The notes: a model not told the origin generated them from the letters alone. A DNA stretch of 64,000 bases from a bacterium (GCA_030693425.1 JAUYAM010000002.1:320632-384631); one strand, 5' to 3'; shown: positions 26,742 through 34,526, counted from the stretch's first letter. Translations and numbers: made by a program.

Positions 26742-27089
26742 TTAAAGCCTGTTGTATTTAGTATATTTCCCTTTTGCTTTTTTGAGCGGATATTTCTCTT
26801 CGTTTTTTTTGATTTTTTTATCAAGCGCATCGAGAATATCAATTTTAAGATCATGGCTCATCAATAAAACCCAATATAAAACATCTGCCAATTCTTCACC
26901 AATATCGGCTTTATTTGTTCCAATATACTTATCAATCTCCTCTTTATTTTTCCATTGAAAATGCTCCACGACCTCGCCAGCTTCAAGAACAAGCGAAAGC
27001 GCGACATCTTTTGGATTATGAAATTGTTTCCAATCTCGCTCGTTGCGAAATTTTATAATTTTTTCTGTAAGTTTTTTTATATCAGACAT
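26742..27089 (-). CDS. MazG-like nucleotide pyrophosphohydrolase (all-alpha NTP-PPase)
   Basis: 115 aa. It has RDWKQFHNPKDVALSLVLEAGEVVEHFQW and IGEELADVLYWVLLMSHDLKIDI, the EExxE/ExxD metal motifs. Confidence 0.85.
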   Translation of the reverse strand: MSDIKKLTEKIIKFRNERDWKQFHNPKDVALSLVLEAGEVVEHFQWKNKEEIDKYIGTNKADIGEELADVLYWVLLMSHDLKIDILDALDKKIKKNEEKYPLKKAKGKYTKYNRL

Positions 27090-27093
27090 AAAT

Positions 27094-27807
27094 TTATATT
27101 AAATTTTGTTCTTTTAGACTATAAAATTTGTCTCTAGTAACAATAATGTGATCGAGAAGTTCAATGCCAAAAATTTTAGCTGCCTCTTCTAGACGTCTTG
27201 TCAATGCAATATCTTCTGGCGAAGCCTCTAAATTTCCTGACGGATGGTTATGGGCAATTATTATTTGTGCAGCAGAGGATTGAATCGCTTCTTTAAAAAC
27301 TTCTCGGGGGTGAACAATACTTGCATTAAGCGAGCCCACCGAGATATTACTGATTTTTATCAAATAATTATGTGCATCGAGAGACAACATAACAAAGTGC
27401 TCTTTCTTTTCCCGACCGATAGATTTTTGTAAAAAATCAGCTACGGCCTTTGATGAATTAAGCGTAACTTTTTCTGGTATATGTTCTTTAGCAAAGCGTT
27501 CAGATACCGCCTGAAAAAGTTTTATACCGAATGTGTTAGATGGACCAATACCTTTAATTTGCTGTAGTTCATCAAACGAAGCATCAAGTACGCCGCGCAA
27601 TCCTTTAAATATTTTAATTGCTTCTTTTGCCATTTGCTTGCAATCTTTCCGCGGAGTACCCAAGGTCAAAAGTAATTCCACTATTTCATAATCAAGAAAT
27701 CCATGGAGTCCTGACTGTAAAAATCTACCCCTCAGTCGCTTTCTATGACCAGCACCCACAGGCTTTTCTCTCGGCCTTTCAATTTTAGGCAGGTCTTTTA
27801 TTCTCAT
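27094..27807 (-). CDS. radC: RadC-like JAB/MPN domain protein
   Basis: An N-terminal HhH region (ELQQIKGIGPSNTFGIKL) and a C-terminal JAB motif (IIIAHNHPSGNLEASPEDIALTRRL). Confidence 0.9.
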   Translation of the reverse strand: MRIKDLPKIERPREKPVGAGHRKRLRGRFLQSGLHGFLDYEIVELLLTLGTPRKDCKQMAKEAIKIFKGLRGVLDASFDELQQIKGIGPSNTFGIKLFQAVSERFAKEHIPEKVTLNSSKAVADFLQKSIGREKKEHFVMLSLDAHNYLIKISNISVGSLNASIVHPREVFKEAIQSSAAQIIIAHNHPSGNLEASPEDIALTRRLEEAAKIFGIELLDHIIVTRDKFYSLKEQNLI

Positions 27808-27810
27808 AAA

Positions 27811-28117
27811 TTCTTTATAAATATTTTTTGATTTCTTGAGTGAGGTTTTTTTTGAAATCTTTTAGAATCATCTGATGGCTGGCCGGCAGGAGTTTTTTCA
27901 GCTCGGTTTTGAAGTTAGTATTGGAATTTTGAAGCAATTTCAGAACTATTTCTAAATTTTCCTTCGACTTCCAACCGATTCAGTTTTTTTACCATATTGT
28001 ACCAAAAATGAATCATGTATTTCGATATAACCGGCTGAAAAATAATGTCAATTGGATCAATTTCTCTTCCTTGAGGTTAAATGCCTTGTTTTACGGGATC
28101 AAGCAGATCTTTGGAAA
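27811..28117 (-). pseudogene. Possible degraded gene between AbiEii and radC
   Basis: Own translation of the minus strand gives three coding-looking pieces. They are KDLLDPVKQGI*, ...REIDPIDIIFQPVISKYMIHFWYNMVKKLNRLEVEGKFRNSSEIASKFQY* and, in another frame, NFKTELKKLLPASHQMILKDFKKNLTQEIKKYL*. No family was recognised. Confidence 0.25.
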
Positions 28118-28822
28118 TCAGTTTTCGCTCTCCAGCTTCAATTTCAGCTGGAAGATGGCCTCGGTGCGGAGCTTGGCCCGGGCCCAGTCTTTTTGTTTTT
28201 CGTTCAAAAGCTCACCCATGCCGGCAAGAATACTTCTCTTGTCCGTTTTTTCTAAAAGATCTATGCACTTCTGTAAAAAGTTCTTAAACGGCATTCCAGT
28301 CCGCGTTTCAACGATTTCTTTATTAACCGGCCAGTTTTTTTCCAGGAAATACCAGACATCATAAATATCGCGGTTGGTTTTGGTGATTCGTTCGTACATA
28401 GCGCAAAGCTTATGGGCAAACATATCCTCCTGCGTCATGACTTTCATGGAGATGCCCAGATACGATTCCACTTTATATTTTGAGCCGAATCCCCGGCGAT
28501 TAATATCCACTTTGATATTTTGGGCAGCCGGAGTCTTATCGCTGTAGGCAAGCACGAAAGACAGATTGAAGCGCTTTTTCCCGGCTTCTTTGACGACCCC
28601 GTATTTCTCCAGGATCTTTCGCGCTTCTTCAAAAACAAAATCTTCTTTGCTTTCTTCAAGCAAATCAAAATCCAAATCAACGGAAAAACGGTCGAGTCCG
28701 TAGAACAAATAGGCTGCCGTACCGCCTTTAAAGCCCAAAATCGGCCCGATCGCATGATCCGTGTAAATATCTTTCAGTATCTTGATCAGAATATTTTTGT
28801 GTGTGACGATATTGAGCGACAT
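28118..28822 (-). CDS. AbiEii/AbiGii-family nucleotidyltransferase toxin (type IV TA)
   Basis: LGFKGGTAAYLFYGLDRFSVDLDFDL is the NTase G-G-T...D-x-D core. ATG at 28822 (MSLNIVTHKNIL) lies 4 nt after the AbiEi stop, so the longer track start is unlikely. Confidence 0.85.
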   Translation of the reverse strand: MSLNIVTHKNILIKILKDIYTDHAIGPILGFKGGTAAYLFYGLDRFSVDLDFDLLEESKEDFVFEEARKILEKYGVVKEAGKKRFNLSFVLAYSDKTPAAQNIKVDINRRGFGSKYKVESYLGISMKVMTQEDMFAHKLCAMYERITKTNRDIYDVWYFLEKNWPVNKEIVETRTGMPFKNFLQKCIDLLEKTDKRSILAGMGELLNEKQKDWARAKLRTEAIFQLKLKLESEN

Positions 28823-28826
28823 AGGT

Positions 28827-29414
28827 TTAATTGATTTTGTCTTGAGCCAATTGGTAATATTGCTTGACTTTTTTCTCCATTCTTTTATTGCCGCCATAGA
28901 TTGGCAGGATTTCATAAACCTTGTTCCAATTTAAAGGGGAAAGATTATCAAAATGGTAATCCTTGCAGAGATAGATGACATCCAAAAAAGCGCGCTCCGG
29001 CAAAGCGATGGAATAGTTGTCTCTTTTTTCGATTCCGGCCGGATCGGTTAAAATCTTATCCTTAATCTTTTTATAGGCATAAGCTTGACCGTCAGCCGTT
29101 ATTTCTCTTGTCAGATAAGAAGCGACGAAGATCTGGCCGTAAAACTGGAAAGTCACTCCCGCTCCACCTAAAACGGTCTCAAAACTGATATACGAAGGAC
29201 TAAATATCTTTGTCGCTAATTCCAGTTTTTCGTAATTCTTATCCTTAGCATACATGCCCCTTCTAACCGGATATAACTCTCCTTTTTTAATGTAATAACT
29301 GATCCGCCTTCTCAATAAGGCAGGGTTGGTTTCGCCTGACGACAAAAGTATCTCTTTAAAAGAGAAAACGGTGTTGTTCGACCTTAAAATGCTCAAAATA
29401 TCAGCTTTTTCCAT
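28827..29414 (-). CDS. AbiEi-family antitoxin / transcriptional regulator
   Basis: N-terminal wHTH FSFKEILLSSGETNPALLRRRISYYIKKGELYPVRRGMYA, plus a position directly upstream of AbiEii. Confidence 0.8.
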   Translation of the reverse strand: MEKADILSILRSNNTVFSFKEILLSSGETNPALLRRRISYYIKKGELYPVRRGMYAKDKNYEKLELATKIFSPSYISFETVLGGAGVTFQFYGQIFVASYLTREITADGQAYAYKKIKDKILTDPAGIEKRDNYSIALPERAFLDVIYLCKDYHFDNLSPLNWNKVYEILPIYGGNKRMEKKVKQYYQLAQDKIN

Positions 29415-29538
29415 GATTTTATAGAGATACGCCTAAAGGTTACACGTAATGTCACCTTTAGTTTAAATCATGCAGAAGTTGAAGTCAACCCCGTAAACTC
29501 AAAACCCCGTAGAACAACAGAGTTGTCTACGGGGCTGG

Positions 29539-29670
29539 CCCCACACAATGCTTTCCACTCCCGAATCCTACGGGTTCGCGTCATGGTGGCGCATATACGG
29601 GGCAGGCCCCGTACAAGGCTTTCCACTCCCGAATCTTACAGGTTCGCGTCGTGGTGGCGCATATACGGGG
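29539..29670. repeat. Two tandem 64-nt imperfect-palindrome units (period 68), locus 1
   Basis: Units at 29539-29602 and 29607-29670: cccc(g/a)(t/c)a..gctttccactcccgaatc(c/t)tac(g/a)ggttcgcgtc(a/g)tggtggcgcatatacgggg. Paralogous to 43032-43163. Confidence 0.9.
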
Positions 29671-29677
29671 CACGCCC

Positions 29678-29731
29678 CTCCTTGACGATAAAATCAGAAA
29701 ACGTGGGAGGTCGGACCTCCTTTGTTTTCAA
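29678..29731 (+). repeat. 54-nt repeat with terminator-like hairpin (gggaggtc-g-gacctcc + tttgtttt)
   Basis: ctccttgacgataaaatcagaaaacgtgggaggtcggacctcctttgttttcaa is identical at 41046-41099. A 30-nt partial copy lies at 1576-1605. Confidence 0.9.
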
Positions 29732-29760
29732 CCGAGGGTTTTCAATCAAAACTAATGATC

Positions 29761-29874
29761 TTGTGCGAAGCTAAGCTTCGCACAAACTCCCTGAACAATA
29801 AAACTGTGTCTCCCTAATTTTCTCCTTGGCTAAGCCAAGGAGAAACTAACTCTAAAGGAGCTAAGCTCCTTTAG
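29761..29874. repeat. Array of three perfect hairpins sharing a gc-TAA-gc apex
   Basis: ttgtgcgaagc-taa-gcttcgcacaa (29761-29785), tctccttggc-taa-gccaaggaga (29821-29843) and ctaaaggagc-taa-gctcctttag (29852-29874). A related copy, aaaggagctaagctcctt, lies at 21087-21104. Confidence 0.85.
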
Positions 29875-29959
29875 ATATTATAAGTTGTGCTAAATCGGGC
29901 TTAGCGCAAGATCAAAAAAAATCGCCTCTTTGGCGATTGCGGGCAAAGAACATCCTGAT

Positions 29960-30580
29960 TTATTTTTTGATTTTAGAAATAATCCTGTTTACTTTCTCTA
30001 GAAGTTCTTTTTTGTCTCCGATCCCGTAATATCCTTCAACTTTTCCGACTACTCCTCCGTCTTTGAAAAATATCAAAGATGGCAATTTTTTGATTTTGTA
30101 TCGCCTCAATAATCCGTCGTTTTCCTGAACCTCTATTTTCCGGTACTTGATTTTGACGTTTTTGAATAACTCGTTTACCGGCACTGAATGTAAAAGGCAT
30201 TTGATTGAATCGTGATTGAAAAATTCAACTACCGCCGGCTGCACCGATTCAAGAATTTGAATCTTAAACTTTTCCGCCGGAATGATAAAAGCAGGGCTTT
30301 TCGGCTCGCTGCCGTACCGATCAATGAATAAATCCGAAACCCGGCGCGGATCTCTGGCAATTTCGCTTTTTATTCTTTTATAATCTACGGCCGTTCTTGC
30401 TACTCTAATGGCGCCAACCGGACAGGATTCTTCACAGAGACCGCAGCTTTTGCATTTCTTATTATCCACCGCAATTGTTCTTCTCTTCCTGTCCCAATAA
30501 AAAGCTTTTATTGGACAAACTGCGATTCCGCTGCAATCTTTAGAATTGTCGCAAATTTTAAAATTGATTAAAACAGCCAT
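29960..30580 (-). CDS. 4Fe-4S ferredoxin domain fused to a thioredoxin-fold domain
   Basis: The N-terminus has CDNSKDCSGIAVCP and CKSCGLCEESCP (two Fe-S Cys clusters). The C-terminus, YKIKKLPSLIFFKDGGVVGKVEGY, is thioredoxin-like without CxxC. Confidence 0.7.
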   Translation of the reverse strand: MAVLINFKICDNSKDCSGIAVCPIKAFYWDRKRRTIAVDNKKCKSCGLCEESCPVGAIRVARTAVDYKRIKSEIARDPRRVSDLFIDRYGSEPKSPAFIIPAEKFKIQILESVQPAVVEFFNHDSIKCLLHSVPVNELFKNVKIKYRKIEVQENDGLLRRYKIKKLPSLIFFKDGGVVGKVEGYYGIGDKKELLEKVNRIISKIKK

Positions 30581-30618
30581 AAACCTTAATTTTTATCTCC
30601 TTAGTTTTCGTCGGCTTT

Positions 30619-30627
30619 ATCCTACCA
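30619..30627 (-). promoter_or_regulatory. Extended -10 TGgTAGGAT after a terminator T-tract
   Basis: Minus strand reads aatcgccaattaggcggttttttGGTAGGATaaagccgacgaaaactaaggagataaaaattaaggtttATG. Confidence 0.45.
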
Positions 30628-30758
30628 AAAAACCGCCTAATTGGCGATTTTATGATAAAAACGTATTTACCGATGTTTTTTTAAAAATCGCCTGCGTCTT
30701 GTTCTGCTCTTGCAATAATTTTTACTCTTTTTGTTTTTCATAATCTGTTCAGCTAGAT

Positions 30759-30998
30759 TTATGCTTTCTTTTTACCCCAAGATGAAGAAGTGAGCCACAA
30801 AATAAATGGCCTCCTGAGTTTGTCTATAGGCCAATCATTGCTCTTAAAAAGCGAAGCTTTTTCTACTCTAAAACGAGAAAGTAAAGGAATAGTCGCTTTC
30901 AAGTTTTCGGGAGACAATCTGTTGTGCTCCTCTAAGAACTGCTCTTTATTTAAGTGTTGGTTTATAGCTTTTGGAGCCTTTTTGAATCTTGGAATCAT
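30759..30998 (-). CDS. Hypothetical protein (79 aa from internal ATG)
   Basis: The first 71 codons of the 150-aa track ORF overlap a non-coding repeat copy and a terminator hairpin (gcccgagagttttttctcgggc, about 31148-31169). A shorter product, MIPRFKKAPKAINQHL..., is therefore more plausible. No family was recognised. Confidence 0.3.
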   Translation of the reverse strand: MIPRFKKAPKAINQHLNKEQFLEEHNRLSPENLKATIPLLSRFRVEKASLFKSNDWPIDKLRRPFILWLTSSSWGKKKA

Positions 30999-31138
30999 GT
31001 TTCGTAGATAAAAAGCAACTCCTAATAACGGTGAGTCGCAAATAGCATTATTGAGTCTTTTCCTTAATGCCAATCTGGCAACTATTTGTAGGCCAAAACT
31101 CTCAGAGTCTCTATTTTTATCATACGCCTTTTTTACTA

Positions 31139-31301
31139 GAAAGCAAGCCCGAGAAAAAACTCTCGGGCAAAAATCGGTGCTCCCCGGATGGGACGATTTT
31201 CGAACTTTCATCCAGGGGCAAAGTGAGTATATCTATATACCAGATTTACGGATGCAAACTTAATTTATCAAACTTTACCCTACCGTGCTACTCTCTATTT
31301 C
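31139..31301 (-). repeat. Copy of a structured element of about 100 nt plus a shared 3' module; paralog of 46945-47075
   Basis: Minus strand 31301-31206 aligns with 47072-46973 (tagca(c/g)ggtagggtaa ... atctggtat(a/g)ta(g/a)atatactca(c/t)ttt ... ctggat). It is followed by module ggtgctccccggatgggacgattttcgaac (31176-31205, + strand) and a hairpin. Confidence 0.6.
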
Positions 31302-32391
31302 AAGAAATGATTCTTAAAAAAACTTCTTCGTAATAGTCTATCATGCGCTGAATGCTGAAATTTTTCTCAATGTGCCTCCTGCAATCTAACCTTTTGATTT
31401 TATCAATTTTTTTTACTGCGCCGGCCATGGCTTCCAAATTATTATCTTTTATTATGAATCCTGTTTTTCCTTCCACGACGATTTCGGGAACAGATCCCCT
31501 TTCAAAGGCAATCACGGGCGTGCCGCAAGCCATAGATTCGGCCAAGATCAAGCCAAACGGTTCTTCCCACTGGATCGGCACAAGAGTGGCTTTAGCTCGC
31601 TGATAATATTTAAAAAGTTCTTGCCGCGGCATAAAACCAAGATATTGAATTTTATCTCCGAGATAAGGAGCGATTTTTTTGTCCCAGTATTCTCCGGTCA
31701 CCGGCGGGCCAATGATCAATAATTTTTCGCCGGCCATTCCTGCAATTTGGACAGCCTCGGCCAGACCCTTTTCCGGCTGAAGGCGACCGGCAAAAAGTAA
31801 ATAATCGTCATGGCTTTCGGAAAATGGAAAGGCGTCCAAATCAATACCGTTATAAATGGTAGCCGCATAATTTAAATTAGGGGCGGGTTTGCGCTGGGCG
31901 TCGCTGATAGAAATATAATGCTGATTTGGGCTGGCAAACATAGAAAATACCTCCGCCTTCCAAGAATAAATTGGGTCATGAAGTGTATAAAAAACCGGGG
32001 TTTCTGGATGAGACAGAGCTAAGGGTAAGGCTCTATCGGCTGGGTGAATATGAAGCAAATCATATTTACCTTTTTCTGCCTCTTCAAACATTTTAGCGAT
32101 TAAAAATTGGTCCCAAAGATTGAAAATCTTATTGACTTCTGCGTTACCGACATTTTGCCCCTTAGTAATTGCTTCACCTTCCGGCTGGTTTAGCGCTTTC
32201 AGCCCAGCCGAAACGACATTGGTTACTTTAACCTTTGTTCCTTCGGGACCGTAAAAATCGACTTCGTGTCCTTTTTTAACCAAGCCCTCGCTTACTTCCA
32301 CTGCAATGTCCATAGGAGCGTAAACTATTCCTTTTGGCGGAGGAGTAGTGAAATGCCCGGTAACCATTGTGGCAATTCTAAGTTTTTTCAT
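31300..32391 (-). CDS. GT4 (GT-B fold) glycosyltransferase, paralog 3 of 3
   Basis: EPFGLILAESMACGTPVIAFERGSVPEIVVEGKTGF is the E-x7-E region of the GT4 family. N-terminus is MKKLRIATM. Confidence 0.85.
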   Translation of the reverse strand: MKKLRIATMVTGHFTTPPPKGIVYAPMDIAVEVSEGLVKKGHEVDFYGPEGTKVKVTNVVSAGLKALNQPEGEAITKGQNVGNAEVNKIFNLWDQFLIAKMFEEAEKGKYDLLHIHPADRALPLALSHPETPVFYTLHDPIYSWKAEVFSMFASPNQHYISISDAQRKPAPNLNYAATIYNGIDLDAFPFSESHDDYLLFAGRLQPEKGLAEAVQIAGMAGEKLLIIGPPVTGEYWDKKIAPYLGDKIQYLGFMPRQELFKYYQRAKATLVPIQWEEPFGLILAESMACGTPVIAFERGSVPEIVVEGKTGFIIKDNNLEAMAGAVKKIDKIKRLDCRRHIEKNFSIQRMIDYYEEVFLRIIS

Positions 32392-33458
32392 GATAATAAT
32401 TCATAATAAGCTTTTTCGTAATCATCAACCATCCTTTCTTTGCTGAATCTTTCTTCGACTCGTTTTCTGGCTAAAGCCCGATTAATCTGATTAACTTTCT
32501 TCATCGCTTCAACCAACAAACCTATATTGCTGTCGATAACGAATCCGGTTTTGCCATCTTCAATCAACTCAGGCATCGAACCGCGGCGGTAAGCAATCAC
32601 CGGCGTGCCGCAGGCCATTGATTCTGCCACCACTAAACCAAAAGGCTCTTCCCATTCTATCGGATACAGACAGGCTTTGGCCGGACCATAAAAATCAGAA
32701 AGCTGCTGCTCGGTAAGCTCGCCGACATATTTAATTTTTTCATTGAGGTGCGGCTTGATATACGTATCAAAATATTCTACTTGGGTTGGGTCAATTCTGC
32801 CGGCTAAAAGTAATCTGACGCCCAATTTTTCTGCCGCGGCAATGGCGTTTTCCACTCCTTTATGTTTATTCATCCGAGCAATCCAGACAAAATGATCACC
32901 GCCTTTTTTATTGAATTTAAAATGCGATAAGTCTATTCCATTATAAATAATTCTTGACCGATTTTTCGGAAATTCCAGCATCGCCTGATCTTTGGCCGAC
33001 TGGCTGATAAAAACGATATTTGTTCTTTTTGCCTCTTCCCTAAAAAGGCGCAAACGATCATCTTTGTTTGCGTCAGCGTTGGTTCTGTAAAGGGGATTGT
33101 GCATCGTATGGATTACCGGCGTTTTTGTCAGATTATGGAAAAACAGCGCCCAAAGATCAAGATGAGAATGAATAATATCAAATTTGCCCGCATTAGCCAT
33201 TTCTATAGCCAAAGAAAGATTGCGCAGGTTCCAGATTGGATTTGACCAGGCGATGTTAGCGTCAAGAAGAGGCTTTTCAAAAACCGAGATTAGTTTTCCT
33301 TTAGCCGTTGAGCCGGGTGAGGCAAAAAGCGTTACCTCATGCCCTTTATCTACTAAACCATCGCAAAGCATGGCAACGATTCTTTCAATTCCCCCGTATT
33401 TTAATGGCGGGATGGTTATCCAAAGAGGAGCAATTTGGGCTATGCGCAATTTTTTCAT
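32388..33458 (-). CDS. GT4 glycosyltransferase, paralog 2 of 3
   Basis: EPFGLVVAESMACGTPVIAYRRGSMPELIEDGKTGF. There is an ATGA overlap with the downstream paralog. Confidence 0.85.
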   Translation of the reverse strand: MKKLRIAQIAPLWITIPPLKYGGIERIVAMLCDGLVDKGHEVTLFASPGSTAKGKLISVFEKPLLDANIAWSNPIWNLRNLSLAIEMANAGKFDIIHSHLDLWALFFHNLTKTPVIHTMHNPLYRTNADANKDDRLRLFREEAKRTNIVFISQSAKDQAMLEFPKNRSRIIYNGIDLSHFKFNKKGGDHFVWIARMNKHKGVENAIAAAEKLGVRLLLAGRIDPTQVEYFDTYIKPHLNEKIKYVGELTEQQLSDFYGPAKACLYPIEWEEPFGLVVAESMACGTPVIAYRRGSMPELIEDGKTGFVIDSNIGLLVEAMKKVNQINRALARKRVEERFSKERMVDDYEKAYYELLS

Positions 33459-33467
33459 ACAAATGAA

Positions 33468-34517
33468 TTAAATCAGTTTTTTGTAAATTTCCTCATATTT
33501 ATCAACCATTTGCTTTAGGGTGAAATTTTGTTCAACATGGGCGCGGCAATCTTTTCGCTTGATAGTATCAATTTTTTTGATAGCTTTGACCATTTCTTCT
33601 TTCGTTCCGACAATAAAACCGGTTTTCTTATCCTTAATTATTTCTGGCACTGAGCCGCGGCGGTAAGCAATCACCGGCGTGCCGCAGGCCATGGCTTCAA
33701 TCATAACAAGTCCAAAAGGCTCCCGGCGGTTAATTGGGTAAAGTAACCCTTTTGCCTTGCTGAGTAATTTGACTTTTTCGTCAAAACCAACTTGACCGAC
33801 AAATTTAATATTTTCATCATTTAAATGCGGTTGGACTTCGTGTAAAAAATAATTCCATTCTTCGCCACCAACAATATTGCCAGCCACTATTAGCTTAATC
33901 CCTGCTTCTTTGGCCATTTGCAGCGCTTGAAGAATGCCTTTTTCTTTATTCAAGCGGCCCAGATAGATAAAATAGTCTTCCGGCGATTCATTAAAGGTGT
34001 AATCAGCTGGGTTGATTCCGTTATAAACCACATCAATTATTGGAATATTGTTTTCTTCAGCGCTTTGACGCTGGTCTTGGGAAATAGCGCAAAATTTCAT
34101 CTGGCTATTGTAGTATTTAAAAACTTCGATGGTGACTGGATCTAATGGTCGGTGCAACGTAGTTAAAATCGGAGTTTTATTGGTTTTATTATTAATCAGC
34201 GATAAAGGGAACATAAAAAAATCAAAATGATTATGAATCAAATCAAAATGATGCATTTGGCTAGAGATTTTTTTAAGAGCCAGACTAATATAAGCATGGG
34301 GACTACGCAATCCTTTTTGCAGCCAAATCCCTTTTTCTGTTAAAGGAATTAATTTTGCCGATGTTTTTGAATCGCCGGAAGCAAAAAGAGTGATATCGTA
34401 ATCTCTCGCTACTAATTCTTCAGTAAGCAAAGATAATACTAACTCAATGCCGCCGTAAGTTTTCGGTGGTACTGGAATCCAAAGCGGAGCTAGTTGAGCT
34501 ATCTTTGTTTTTTTCAT
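33468..34517 (-). CDS. GT4 glycosyltransferase, paralog 1 of 3
   Basis: EPFGLVMIEAMACGTPVIAYRRGSVPEIIKDKKTGF. Confidence 0.85.
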   Translation of the reverse strand: MKKTKIAQLAPLWIPVPPKTYGGIELVLSLLTEELVARDYDITLFASGDSKTSAKLIPLTEKGIWLQKGLRSPHAYISLALKKISSQMHHFDLIHNHFDFFMFPLSLINNKTNKTPILTTLHRPLDPVTIEVFKYYNSQMKFCAISQDQRQSAEENNIPIIDVVYNGINPADYTFNESPEDYFIYLGRLNKEKGILQALQMAKEAGIKLIVAGNIVGGEEWNYFLHEVQPHLNDENIKFVGQVGFDEKVKLLSKAKGLLYPINRREPFGLVMIEAMACGTPVIAYRRGSVPEIIKDKKTGFIVGTKEEMVKAIKKIDTIKRKDCRAHVEQNFTLKQMVDKYEEIYKKLI

Positions 34518-34526
34518 TGTATTTTT

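Noticed and set aside
29539-29670. Possible CRISPR array (regularly spaced repeats)
   Set aside because: Only two units per locus, separated by 4 nt with no spacers. The units are full-length palindromes, and no cas genes are present.
29523-29774. Track ORF (83 aa, MSTGLAPHNAFHSRILRVRVMVAHIRGRPRT...) and the similar ORFs 43076-43366, 43144-43641 and 43302-43604
   Set aside because: They are read-throughs of the 64-nt palindromic repeat units. The repeated peptide MVA(H/R)IRGRPRT simply mirrors the DNA repeat. Two of them also overlap the well-supported zinc-ribbon gene on the opposite strand.
30999-31211. N-terminal 71 codons of the 150-aa track ORF
   Set aside because: This stretch is homologous to non-coding repeat copies (46945-46972 and others). 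It contains a terminator-like hairpin (gcccgagagttttttctcgggc), so it is unlikely to be translated.
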